This document shows positions 17,060-26,237 of a DNA stretch of 64,000 bases, one piece after another; the first letter of the stretch is position 1, and each line of letters opens with the position of its first letter. The DNA comes from Clostridiales bacterium. GTDB taxonomy: Bacteria > Bacillota > Clostridia > Oscillospirales > CAG-272. Made by a program: the position numbers and the translations under genes. Below the pieces are notes generated by a model. The model had not been told where the DNA came from and did no database searches. It saw only the letters and a list, made by a program, of their open reading frames with translations. The stretch is taken from positions 13,479 to 77,478 of the forward strand of contig JAAVZO010000042.1 of NCBI GenBank assembly GCA_022791685.1. Direction: 5' to 3'.

Positions 17060-18118
17060 TTAACCAACGATACCGGAACGCTCGATACCACCGATAAGGT
17101 ATCTCTGCATGAACACGTAAACGAGAAGCAGAGGAGCAAGTATCAGCAGACCGCAGGTGTTGCGGATCGCGGACTCATACAGGTTCTGAGCTGCATATGC
17201 AGTGTCGAGTGTACGAGGGATCTGGATAATGTTAGGCATCATTACCTTCGAAGCCTTTGTGAAGAAGATGGTAGTGTAGAAGTTATCAGTCCACTGCCAT
17301 GAGAACGCAAAGAGGAAGATAGTGATCATCATCGGAACAGAAAGCGGGAGAATGATCTGGATGAAGGTTCTGAATGTGCCGCTGCCGTCGATGTATGCCG
17401 ACTCTTCAAGCTCATCCGGAACGCCGTGGAAGAACTGACGCATCATGAAGATGTACAGACCGTTCTTAAACGCAAGTCCGCCGAGCGAAAGCAGTGCGAG
17501 CGGCCAGTAGGAGTTATTCAGGTTCAGTGAAGTGAACGGGATAACATTTAATCCTTCAAATACGCCGCCTCCAAGCAGATTGAAAATGCCGAGGATATCA
17601 AAGTATCTGAACTTCATGAACATTGAAAGCTGAAGTGTTCTGTGAGGAACGACCATCGTAAAGATTACGAGGAAGAATATCAGCTTGTTGCCCTTGAACT
17701 TGAACTTTGCGAGACCGTAGCCGATAAGGCAGCAGATAAATGTCTGGATAAGTCCGCAGAGAACAGAAAGGGTCAATGTATTCAGAAGTGCTTCAAAATA
17801 CTTATTCTGTGAAATGATAGCCTTGTAGGTATCAAGCGTAGGATATTTCGGAATCAGCTTTACCGTAACATCTACGAAGTCCTCTCGGCTCATGAATGAG
17901 CCGGAGATCTTCGCGAAGAACGGAAACAGAATTACATACGAAATACCGATAAGAAGTACGAGTCTGAATATTACCCAGACAACGTTCTTGAGAAAACGCA
18001 TACTCAAGAATTTTGACTTGAGTCTTTCTTTGAGAGGGGTTCTTTCAAACTCAACTCTAATTTTGTTTTTGCTCTCCTTCATTACGCGGGGAGCCTTTGG
18101 TACCTGTTGAGAATTCAT
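17060..18118 (-). CDS. Carbohydrate ABC transporter permease (MalG-like, with N-terminal extension)
   Basis: Multi-TM protein with the EAA-type loop region (DELEESAYIDGSGTFRTFIQIILPLS). AGGAGGG RBS. Confidence 0.85.
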   Translation of the reverse strand: MNSQQVPKAPRVMKESKNKIRVEFERTPLKERLKSKFLSMRFLKNVVWVIFRLVLLIGISYVILFPFFAKISGSFMSREDFVDVTVKLIPKYPTLDTYKAIISQNKYFEALLNTLTLSVLCGLIQTFICCLIGYGLAKFKFKGNKLIFFLVIFTMVVPHRTLQLSMFMKFRYFDILGIFNLLGGGVFEGLNVIPFTSLNLNNSYWPLALLSLGGLAFKNGLYIFMMRQFFHGVPDELEESAYIDGSGTFRTFIQIILPLSVPMMITIFLFAFSWQWTDNFYTTIFFTKASKVMMPNIIQIPRTLDTAYAAQNLYESAIRNTCGLLILAPLLLVYVFMQRYLIGGIERSGIVG

Positions 18119-18130
18119 TTATTTCCCTCC

Positions 18131-19099
18131 TTAATCGCGTTTCTGGTAGAATACGTAAGCACTGAGAACAGCAGCAACGATACCGATTATTACTATAACA
18201 ATCAGGAAGTATACCCACGCCATCGCCGAGCTCAATACGTTACCGCCTGCCTGGTCGTAAACGGTTGCAATATACGTCATGACCTTGTTAGACTGAGATG
18301 TGAACGAGTCAATTACTGTATAAATCGAGTTTACGAGAATCATCGGGCTTATCATCGGGAAGGTAATCTTCCAGAAGGTTTCCCAAGCGGTCGCACCGTC
18401 TATTTCGCACGACTCATAGATAGCCGGCGAGATCGACTGAAGACCTGCAAGGTAAATAAGCATCTGGACACCAGAACGGTTGATAATGTTGTAAATGTTA
18501 TTGACCATCTGAACAACATAGTCAACAAGCTCTGTACCAACCTTCATGTTATCGAACAATCGCTCAATATCGACCGCTGACAGAATCTCGTTAGTCGTAT
18601 TCTGTCCAGAACCGTCTTCGATTCCAGTGTCAGTCATGTAGTCGACCATGGTGTTTGCCTGGTCGATCTTGTCGATAATACCGGTCGAAATGATGACAGG
18701 TATGAAGAAGATCGCACGGAATGCGGCACGTCCAACCATCTTCTGGTTAAGCAGGACCGCCATAAAGAGCGAGAAAATTACGATCGCAGGGATATCAAAG
18801 ATAAGCTGCTGAATACCAGACGCGAGCGTCTGAACAAAGTTCGGGTCGACGAAGAGAGCTTCCTGATAGTTATCCCAGCCGACAAACTCAAGCGTGTAAC
18901 CGCCGCCCTGTCCAATTTTAATCTTGTTGAAGCTGTACTTTATCGAGTCGATAATTATCGGAAGATAAATAACAACAAAGCCGAGAACAAACGGTAATAC
19001 GAAAAACCAACCTGCACGTGCTTTACGTGCATCAAGAGAGGCTCTACGTTTACGTTTCTTCGGAGCACTGACATTTGTAAGCTTTGCTTCGCTATTCAT
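18131..19099 (-). CDS. Carbohydrate ABC transporter permease (MalF-like)
   Basis: Six-TM pattern with the loop AIYESCEIDGATAWETFWKITFPMISP. The stop overlaps the RBS of the next permease. Confidence 0.85.
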   Translation of the reverse strand: MNSEAKLTNVSAPKKRKRRASLDARKARAGWFFVLPFVLGFVVIYLPIIIDSIKYSFNKIKIGQGGGYTLEFVGWDNYQEALFVDPNFVQTLASGIQQLIFDIPAIVIFSLFMAVLLNQKMVGRAAFRAIFFIPVIISTGIIDKIDQANTMVDYMTDTGIEDGSGQNTTNEILSAVDIERLFDNMKVGTELVDYVVQMVNNIYNIINRSGVQMLIYLAGLQSISPAIYESCEIDGATAWETFWKITFPMISPMILVNSIYTVIDSFTSQSNKVMTYIATVYDQAGGNVLSSAMAWVYFLIVIVIIGIVAAVLSAYVFYQKRD

Positions 19100-19118
19100 T
19101 TAATACACCTCTCTTATT

Positions 19119-22118
19119 TTACTTTGCTGCAACAAAATCGAGAGCACCTATTGTATAAGTCTTGCCGTTGTCTTCAACGGTGATCTCAAAGTTATTGTAA
19201 TTAAGGATGAACGACTTGCCGCCTTCGTAAGTTACCTTAACGATTCTTCCATCATCAGAGGTATACTTCGTGTAATTATAACCCGTAGTAGTCTCCTCAG
19301 CTTCATCGTTAGTAGTTACAGACGGCGCGGTAGTTCCGAGTCTCTGTGCAAGCTTCTCAGCCTTTTCAGCCTTCTCAGCAGCAAGCTTTGCAGCTTCGTC
19401 AGCCGCTTTCTTTGCTTCTTCAGCTGCGATCTTATCGGCTGCGATCTCCTCAGCGGACGGCACGCGCTCGCCTATAAGGAATTCATGACCAACGATCTTC
19501 TTAGTCTGGAGTCCTGCCATGATCTCGTTAAGCTCATCGTAGAGCGAAACGACTTCATCATACCAGATATCGAACGATACCGAATAATATTTGTTGAACT
19601 CAACGTCTTCTTTCAGAAGAGAAGTATTCTGCATCGAAAGAGTGAAGTAGAGCGACGCACCGTTTTCAATTGCCTTGAGGAACTCATACTGAGTATCGCC
19701 CGCCATATTGATCGCAGTGCCTGCGAAATTCATGCTTCCGTGGAGTACCATTCCGACAAACGGAACCGACTCACTTGCATTGGAATAACGGCTTGAGTCA
19801 AGTGAAACATTCAGAATATGGTCTGCATACTGAAGCGCATATGCGTTTCCGCCTTCGATCATTACATTCTGCTGATTTTCCTTGATATCTTTGAGGAGGT
19901 CAACGGTGAATTCCTTTGAGTCCTCACGGTTGTACGGATCCTTCTTATCGAAGTCCGAGTTCAGGTCGGTACCAAGGGTCGCAACCGAGATACCATTCGG
20001 GTTGAGTGCCGAATACTTCTCATTGAAGTGATCATAGAAGTAGCTGAATACCGATGGAGAAACTGCAAGCGAGTAACCTCTTACAAACGACTGGAGAGTC
20101 GAATCGTAATAACGCTTACTGGTATAACGGTTATCCATCGTCTTTACGAGGTGCTTTCTCATCGAAACACCGTCAAACATCTCAAACATACCGATGTTAG
20201 CAAAGTCAAAGTCAGGATATACACCGATGTTGTTGGCATTTGCATACTCAACAAATTCAGTAAAGCCCTTGTTTCCGCCAACGACCTTTTCAAACTTAAC
20301 GTTATACGGAGCAGTATCATTCATACCGCCGTTTGCATAACCAGTAAGCTTGTAGTTTACATTTGTGATACCTGCTTCAGAAAGTTTTGTGTACATATCC
20401 TTGAGGTCATCAAATGTAGTAAGAGGCTTTAATACCTCGACCGGTATCGAAAGAATTCTTTCGATATCCTCCATGCAGCCAAACGACTCAATGTAGAGCG
20501 GGATAGAATCCTTGACATCAGTGAGATCACTGAGGATGCCCTTATCCTTAAGATAATCTCTGTATGCCTTAGCCATACCTACATATGATGCTTCATAGTA
20601 GTCCTTTACGCCGCTTTCAGCTGCAAGCTCATCATCAGTGAGCATGATGTACTTTATACGGTAACTTCCAGTATATTTACGCTCGGAAACAACTGTATAA
20701 GTTGCATTCTGACCAACCGAAATTGCTTCTGCAAGGTTGTAAGAGTCCTTCGGACGAGGAGAGAAGGTGGTGTAAACTGTGTTGTACTTGTGTGTTGTTC
20801 CGCCGTGGTCAGTACTTATCTGAGCAAGAGCGTCGCCTTCTTCGATTATTGCGAGGAAGCCGTTTGTCTTTTTCTCATAAGGCTCGCCATCAGCGGTTTT
20901 GATCTCTGCGTAAACAACAGATTCTACCTTAGACTCAGGGTCTACGACAGTTTTAGCTACTGGCACATTGGTTTCGACAATACCGTAAACCGGCATTCTC
21001 ATTACCTCTCTGTGCTGACCGCTTACCTGCTGGTACGCGTAGTCCTCACCGTAGAGTCTTCCGGAAAGAGTCAGCGGCTTGCTTCCGATATCTTCGAAAC
21101 GAACCAGTGCACCTGAACCATCCGGGAAGAAGGTGTATCCGCTGTAATCACCGGAACCAGCTCCAAAGTAAGGAAGCATGGAGATCCAGCTCAGCGAGAA
21201 TGAACTTTCGTCGAAACGAATGCCGTTTGCAGGAAGTCTTACATTGAGAGAGCCATCATCGCTGAGGCTGTACTCAAGTGAAAGTCTGAACAATACAGGT
21301 GCTGCGTCAGTACCTTCATACTGAGTTATGGTATGATCCTCTTCAAGAGTTTCATATGTATACTCAGGGCAGTAGGTCTTGATGTAGCCCTCGATCTGAT
21401 TAAGCTCACGATCCGAAGCGTACGGGTCGAAGATGTAAATTGCCATCTCCGAACATATCGGGAAGGTAGCTATCAGCTCGTTCTTTGCACGCTCAGTCAG
21501 ATCCGGATCAAAAGGATCCTTCAGCTGATAGAACGCTTCCATCTTGGATCTTGCAGTTCCTTCAGGAATGTTTGCCATAATAAGCTCTTGGAAGCGTTCT
21601 GCATTGATCTGCTTCGGAACGAGCTTACGGGTCTCTTCACGCCCCATTACGTATTCGACACGAACACCATTTTTGATCTTCTTAACTTTGATCTGACCTC
21701 TCTGGCAAGCTTCTTGGAAGCTGAAGAGATCAAGCTCTGAGTTGTTGTCGGTATACTTAATACGGATCTGAGAGAGAAGCTGTCCTTTTATACTCTCAGA
21801 AGCGCCGGTCTGTGAAACATCGTATGGATTCGAGAATATGATCTGTCCTGTTGCCTTGTTGACATATGCGATCTCACCGGATATCGGCTCAACATACAGC
21901 TCGTAGCCTCCATTGTCGAGGTACTTAGTCATAGTTGCAAGCTTATCCTCAGGAGTTGCATAAACCTGTGTGATATAGTTTATCGTTGGCAGGTTTGTAT
22001 CTGGGTCAAGTCCGGGAACCAGCGGTTCTTCGTCTTCCGCGAAAACCGGAAGAGCGGAGAGCATTCCGAAAACCATAACAACAGTCAGGAACGCCGATAA
22101 TAATCTTATTTTTTTCAT
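19119..22118 (-). CDS. Large secreted protein of unknown function (999 aa). Possibly the family annotated as DUF5696 (recollection, unverified).
   Basis: The start was set at MKKIRLLSAFLTVVMVFGMLSALPVFA (ATG 22118, GGGAG RBS), avoiding overlap with the upstream gene. It has a signal peptide. The central and C-terminal parts have a glycoside-hydrolase-like TIM-barrel feel. An Ala/Glu/Lys-rich coiled segment (AADKIAAEEAKKAADEAAKLAAEKAEKAEKLAQ) lies near the C-terminus. Confidence 0.6.
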   Translation of the reverse strand: MKKIRLLSAFLTVVMVFGMLSALPVFAEDEEPLVPGLDPDTNLPTINYITQVYATPEDKLATMTKYLDNGGYELYVEPISGEIAYVNKATGQIIFSNPYDVSQTGASESIKGQLLSQIRIKYTDNNSELDLFSFQEACQRGQIKVKKIKNGVRVEYVMGREETRKLVPKQINAERFQELIMANIPEGTARSKMEAFYQLKDPFDPDLTERAKNELIATFPICSEMAIYIFDPYASDRELNQIEGYIKTYCPEYTYETLEEDHTITQYEGTDAAPVLFRLSLEYSLSDDGSLNVRLPANGIRFDESSFSLSWISMLPYFGAGSGDYSGYTFFPDGSGALVRFEDIGSKPLTLSGRLYGEDYAYQQVSGQHREVMRMPVYGIVETNVPVAKTVVDPESKVESVVYAEIKTADGEPYEKKTNGFLAIIEEGDALAQISTDHGGTTHKYNTVYTTFSPRPKDSYNLAEAISVGQNATYTVVSERKYTGSYRIKYIMLTDDELAAESGVKDYYEASYVGMAKAYRDYLKDKGILSDLTDVKDSIPLYIESFGCMEDIERILSIPVEVLKPLTTFDDLKDMYTKLSEAGITNVNYKLTGYANGGMNDTAPYNVKFEKVVGGNKGFTEFVEYANANNIGVYPDFDFANIGMFEMFDGVSMRKHLVKTMDNRYTSKRYYDSTLQSFVRGYSLAVSPSVFSYFYDHFNEKYSALNPNGISVATLGTDLNSDFDKKDPYNREDSKEFTVDLLKDIKENQQNVMIEGGNAYALQYADHILNVSLDSSRYSNASESVPFVGMVLHGSMNFAGTAINMAGDTQYEFLKAIENGASLYFTLSMQNTSLLKEDVEFNKYYSVSFDIWYDEVVSLYDELNEIMAGLQTKKIVGHEFLIGERVPSAEEIAADKIAAEEAKKAADEAAKLAAEKAEKAEKLAQRLGTTAPSVTTNDEAEETTTGYNYTKYTSDDGRIVKVTYEGGKSFILNYNNFEITVEDNGKTYTIGALDFVAAK

Positions 22119-22140
22119 TACTATTACTCCCATCCTGTTA

Positions 22141-24267
22141 TTACATTCTATAAGTAATTTCAATTACGATACTGGAAATGAAGCTTACTATCTTAGCAAG
22201 CAGCGTGGAGAAGAGGACACCAATAAACATGATAACACCCATACCCACGATAGTACCAAGCGAAGTAACTACATTCTTCGAGAAGGTGTAGTCATGAGTT
22301 ACCATTGTACCGAAGAAGATAAGCAGTCCGCACCAAATGAATGCGAATGTAACAAGAAGATTGATAATGGTTGCTTCACTTGCTACAGCAAAGTTAGAGA
22401 TGATGACCGAAGGAATGATAAGAATCGGCAGCGGAACAAGTGCATAGCAGGTAGCAACAAAGATATCCTTGAAGCTTCCTTCGCCGTCGAACAGAGTTGT
22501 CAGACACCAGTTAGCAACACTCCAGAGAAGTACTGGTACCAATACTGCGGTAAGCTGTATCAGTATTGTCGAGTAGCCCTGACGCGGATTGAATACATAT
22601 CCGGTACCAACGCTCTGATAATAGAACGTGAGGACTGCAAGTGCAAGCCATACAAATGCTGCACGAACCGAACCGCGGTACTCATGCTTCAGATCCCAGT
22701 AGCCATCGAACGGGTGAAGAATAAGGTGATTTGCGTAGATGAGCTCTTCCCAGAAGGTTTTTCTTCCCTTCTTGAGCTGAGTCTTTTTATTGAGCTTAGC
22801 TGCATATTTGTTGAACAGAACGAGCAGCACAACTATGGCGATAACGATTATCGGAATAAGTATGATATACTTAGAAATCCAGTTCTTACGAATTTCCTTA
22901 AAGGAATCCGAGTAGTTGGCAGTATCGTAAGCTGACTTGTAATAATCGAGCGACTCCTCGTACTCTGCGCTGCGGTAGAGGCTCTTACCAATACCGATGT
23001 ACGCAGTATCAAAGTTGTTATTACGCTTGAGAATTTCAGTCCAGTAGTTTACAGTCGTATCATACTGACGCTCATTTGTATTCTGTATAGCAGAGAGAAG
23101 CAGGTCGCCGTACTCGGTGCGTCTGAATACTGTAATGTTATCCGAAGTCTTGTCAAGAACAAGAATGTCGTTATCAAGGTAAGCAATAGCTTCGATAGAC
23201 TGAATGTTACCGAGCTGCTGACCTTTATCGCCGAATATGAAGAGCAGATTGCCTTCAGCGTCGTAAGTGTAGATCTTACTTCTCTTTTCATCTATCAGCG
23301 ACCAGGTGTTTTCCGGACCGATAGCAACGTCAATTATCTTAGAAGGACCAGCGATTTCTGCGGTCGATACGTTGGTGATATTTACTTCACCGCCAGGACC
23401 GAAGAAGCCGTTACGCTTCATGATATCCGCGCCAGCAGTGTTGAGCTTTTTAACAGGTGCGTATGTACCGCTCTTGTCATTGATAGCCGACTGCTGCTTG
23501 TTTTCGTCGATAGATGAAGTTGTTACATAGATGAAGCCTTTTTCATCTATGGTGATGTTGTTGAACTCAGTCGAGACGTACTGCTGAGAAAGCTTTCTCT
23601 GCTCATCAGTCTGGAAACGTCTCCAAAGAATTGTCATAGCGTCGATGGTAACCTTCTGAGCTCCAATAAAGCCCTGGAAGTCACCTTCTTCATTGATCGC
23701 AATAACGCCCATGTAAGTTGTGGACGAAATTACGTAGATACGTCCGTAAGCATCAACTGCAAGCGCTACCGGCTTGTAAATAGATCCTGCCGGAAATACA
23801 TCCGAATCCGGTTCTTCTATTATCTTATAGAAGGTACCGTCAAGATTGTACATAACTATACGGTTGTTGTCAGTATCTGCTACATAAATCTTTTCGTCAG
23901 TTACATAAACGCCCGACGGATTGTTAAGAGAATCCGGAACGCCCTGTCCGTTGACAAACTCATTGATGTAGAATTTCAGCTTGAAGTATCTGTCAAGTAC
24001 TACAATACGGTTATTTGCCGCGTCAGCTATATAAACGTTTTTGTTTCCGTCGACAAAGAGGTCGCGCGGATCGTCTATTGCGGGAGATACGCCCATATAT
24101 GCTGAATCGATCTGTCTGTCAGGCGTATATGCGTCAGGAGACATAAGAGCAAAGCCGTCAATGGAGTAGGTGTAGGTGGAATACGGTGTGATAGCGCCTA
24201 ACGGGAGGCAGCCTATCGCAAGAATCAAGCAGGCCGCGAGGGCAAGTATTCTTGATAACTTTTTCAT
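22141..24267 (-). CDS. Lipoprotein-signal / NHL-repeat beta-propeller / TPR-like / Yip1-type multi-pass membrane fusion protein (708 aa)
   Basis: N-terminal signal with an AIGC lipobox. Repeated NHL-like units (ADAANNRIVVLD, ADTDNNRIVMYN, YVISST..., YVTTSS...). A TPR-like helical stretch precedes a TM helix (YIILIPIIVIAIVVLLVLF) at ~470. The C-terminal ~200 aa have five hydrophobic helices typical of Yip1-domain proteins. Confidence 0.7.
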   Translation of the reverse strand: MKKLSRILALAACLILAIGCLPLGAITPYSTYTYSIDGFALMSPDAYTPDRQIDSAYMGVSPAIDDPRDLFVDGNKNVYIADAANNRIVVLDRYFKLKFYINEFVNGQGVPDSLNNPSGVYVTDEKIYVADTDNNRIVMYNLDGTFYKIIEEPDSDVFPAGSIYKPVALAVDAYGRIYVISSTTYMGVIAINEEGDFQGFIGAQKVTIDAMTILWRRFQTDEQRKLSQQYVSTEFNNITIDEKGFIYVTTSSIDENKQQSAINDKSGTYAPVKKLNTAGADIMKRNGFFGPGGEVNITNVSTAEIAGPSKIIDVAIGPENTWSLIDEKRSKIYTYDAEGNLLFIFGDKGQQLGNIQSIEAIAYLDNDILVLDKTSDNITVFRRTEYGDLLLSAIQNTNERQYDTTVNYWTEILKRNNNFDTAYIGIGKSLYRSAEYEESLDYYKSAYDTANYSDSFKEIRKNWISKYIILIPIIVIAIVVLLVLFNKYAAKLNKKTQLKKGRKTFWEELIYANHLILHPFDGYWDLKHEYRGSVRAAFVWLALAVLTFYYQSVGTGYVFNPRQGYSTILIQLTAVLVPVLLWSVANWCLTTLFDGEGSFKDIFVATCYALVPLPILIIPSVIISNFAVASEATIINLLVTFAFIWCGLLIFFGTMVTHDYTFSKNVVTSLGTIVGMGVIMFIGVLFSTLLAKIVSFISSIVIEITYRM

Positions 24268-24278
24268 CTTTACCCTCC

Positions 24279-25151
24279 TTAGTCCTTCATACCCGATGAA
24301 CCCATCGTTTCGATGATGTTACTCTGGCTTATAATAAATACGATGATCGGAACCGCCATCATGATAACCTGAGAAGCGGCAGCGGCACCAGCACGAGCAA
24401 TACCAGCGTTTACGATCTGGCTTATCGCGTAGTTAAAGGTTTTAAGCTGTTCTGAATAAATGTAGATCGAGTTGCCTGCATTCCAGAGACCCTGGAAGGA
24501 GTAGATTATAAGTGTCAGCCATGCCGGCTTAACCATCGGCATCGCGATCTTCAAGAATGTAGTAAACTCAGACGCACCGTCGAGTCGGGCAGATTCAAGC
24601 ACTGCATCCGAGACTGATGTCTCCATAAAGTTCTTCATAAGGTAAAGTCCAAGTGAAGAGCCCCATGCAGGGATGATGATCGCAAGATATGTATCGACCC
24701 AATGGAGTGTACTCATGGTCAGGAAGTTTGCAATAGCAGTAACTGTCGAGTTGAACATGAGCGAGAGGACAACGACCTGGAACATCCAGCCGCGTCCGGG
24801 GAATTTGATCTTTGCAAGCGCATAAGCTGCGAGCGAAGAAAGAAGCAGGTTACCGAGTGTGCCAAGCACTGAGATAAGCACAGTATTAAAGATATATCTT
24901 GAGAATGGTACCCAAGATGTGCTCATCAGCTGGAACAGGTCAGTATAGTTTTTAAGAGTCGGGCTCATAACGTAGAAACGCGGCGGGAACATCCACAACT
25001 CATCAAGAGGCTTCAGAGACTGCATTACTACATAAAGCATCGGCAGGAACATGAACGCGCCCATAAGCACGAGCAGTACGTTGATTCCTATATCGCCGCC
25101 AACCGAACGGTTAAGGACAACCTTGTGTTTTCTGGTTCTTAATCTTGCCAT
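24279..25151 (-). CDS. Carbohydrate ABC transporter permease (MalG-like)
   Basis: Six-TM protein with the loop ESARLDGASEFTTFLKIAMPMVKP. Confidence 0.9.
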   Translation of the reverse strand: MARLRTRKHKVVLNRSVGGDIGINVLLVLMGAFMFLPMLYVVMQSLKPLDELWMFPPRFYVMSPTLKNYTDLFQLMSTSWVPFSRYIFNTVLISVLGTLGNLLLSSLAAYALAKIKFPGRGWMFQVVVLSLMFNSTVTAIANFLTMSTLHWVDTYLAIIIPAWGSSLGLYLMKNFMETSVSDAVLESARLDGASEFTTFLKIAMPMVKPAWLTLIIYSFQGLWNAGNSIYIYSEQLKTFNYAISQIVNAGIARAGAAAASQVIMMAVPIIVFIISQSNIIETMGSSGMKD

Positions 25152-25152
25152 C

Positions 25153-26112
25153 TTACTGTCCTACCTTCGATAATAGTTTTTTGATCACAAGGTTAGCGCC
25201 CACCATTATTACGAACAGTACGACCGCAATAGTTGATGAGTAACCGACCTCAAATCGCTGTCCACCATAGTCCTCGAGGTGATGCATGATGGTGTGTGCG
25301 GCGTAGTTTACCGACGGGAAGCCGGCAAGCGCGGTAACAACAGCACCGAAACCGAAAGACTGGGTTATGGACATGACCGCACCGAACATCAGCTGCGGCT
25401 TCATTGTCGGAAGTGTGATATACCAGAGCTCCTGCCATCTGTTCTTTACACCGTCGACCGCGCCAGCCTCATAGAGCGACTTATCGATCGTCTGAAGACC
25501 TGCGATAAACGAAAGGAAGGATGTACCGAGCGAAGTCCAGAGCGCAACTACTATACATAGTCCCATAACGTATTTTTCATCGTGGAACCAGAGTATCGGC
25601 TCATTTATAAAGCCTAATTCCATCAGCCAAGCATTTGCATAGCCGTAGGAGTCATCCGAGAAGATTATTGTCCAGATCAGGTATACCGAACCTGAAATAG
25701 ACGGAGCATAGAATACGAGTGTTACGAGCGCACGGATCTTTGGAGTAAGCTCATTGATGAACCATGCGATCAAAAGTGACATGAAGTATGATACAGGACC
25801 GGTGATAGCCGCGAAAACAAGCGTGTTCTGGCAGGCTGTCATAAAAATGTCGTCATCAAGGAACAGTCTGATATAGTTGTCCATGAAGACAGGCTCCGGA
25901 AATTCAAGCAGGTTGAACTGAGTGAAGCTTAAGATTATTGACAAAAGTACCGGGAAGACTGTGAAGATAAGAAAGATCAGCATAAACGGCGCGATCATTA
26001 AGTATGCCGTTTTGTTGCGTGCGATTTCTTTCAGCGTCCACTGTGCTTTTGTCATGTCCTTACGAGCTGTCGGCTTCGGTTTGTTTGCAACCGCCGCTGC
26101 ATTTTGTGACAT
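25153..26112 (-). CDS. Carbohydrate ABC transporter permease (MalF-like)
   Basis: Six-TM protein with the loop YEAGAVDGVKNRWQELWYITLPTMKP. Its stop is 1 nt from the next start. Confidence 0.9.
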   Translation of the reverse strand: MSQNAAAVANKPKPTARKDMTKAQWTLKEIARNKTAYLMIAPFMLIFLIFTVFPVLLSIILSFTQFNLLEFPEPVFMDNYIRLFLDDDIFMTACQNTLVFAAITGPVSYFMSLLIAWFINELTPKIRALVTLVFYAPSISGSVYLIWTIIFSDDSYGYANAWLMELGFINEPILWFHDEKYVMGLCIVVALWTSLGTSFLSFIAGLQTIDKSLYEAGAVDGVKNRWQELWYITLPTMKPQLMFGAVMSITQSFGFGAVVTALAGFPSVNYAAHTIMHHLEDYGGQRFEVGYSSTIAVVLFVIMVGANLVIKKLLSKVGQ

Positions 26113-26167
26113 TAGCGTTCTCTCCTTAATTACAGATTTTTATTCACTGTCAAATTTCCTTGTGCAA

Positions 26168-26203
26168 ACCGACATTATTGCCAATATCAGACATAATGTC
26201 GGT
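26168..26203 (-). other. Intra-operon stem-loop after the giant SBP gene
   Basis: Perfect 11-bp stem accgacattat / ataatgtcggt (26168-26178 / 26193-26203) in the 125-nt gap between the SBP and the first permease. On the minus strand only a weak T-run (TTTG) follows. Confidence 0.5.
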
Positions 26204-26237
26204 CCACACAATTTCATCTTGGCAGATGGTTCAGATG

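Noticed and set aside
19300-19460. Repetitive gct/gca/gaa-rich DNA that might be a tandem repeat or array.
   Set aside because: It is in frame and encodes the Ala/Glu/Lys coiled segment of the 999-aa protein. There is no spacer-repeat periodicity, so it is not a CRISPR or satellite repeat.
22119-22163. Longer N-terminal extensions offered by the ORF track (also 12132-12257, 31634-31663, 33035-33151, 42667-42705, 44119-44175, 47112-47141 and 49466-49534).
   Set aside because: In each case a downstream ATG has a GGAGG-type RBS at proper spacing. That ATG removes overlap with the neighbouring gene or begins exactly at the expected family N-terminus (signal peptide, Rossmann or Walker A).
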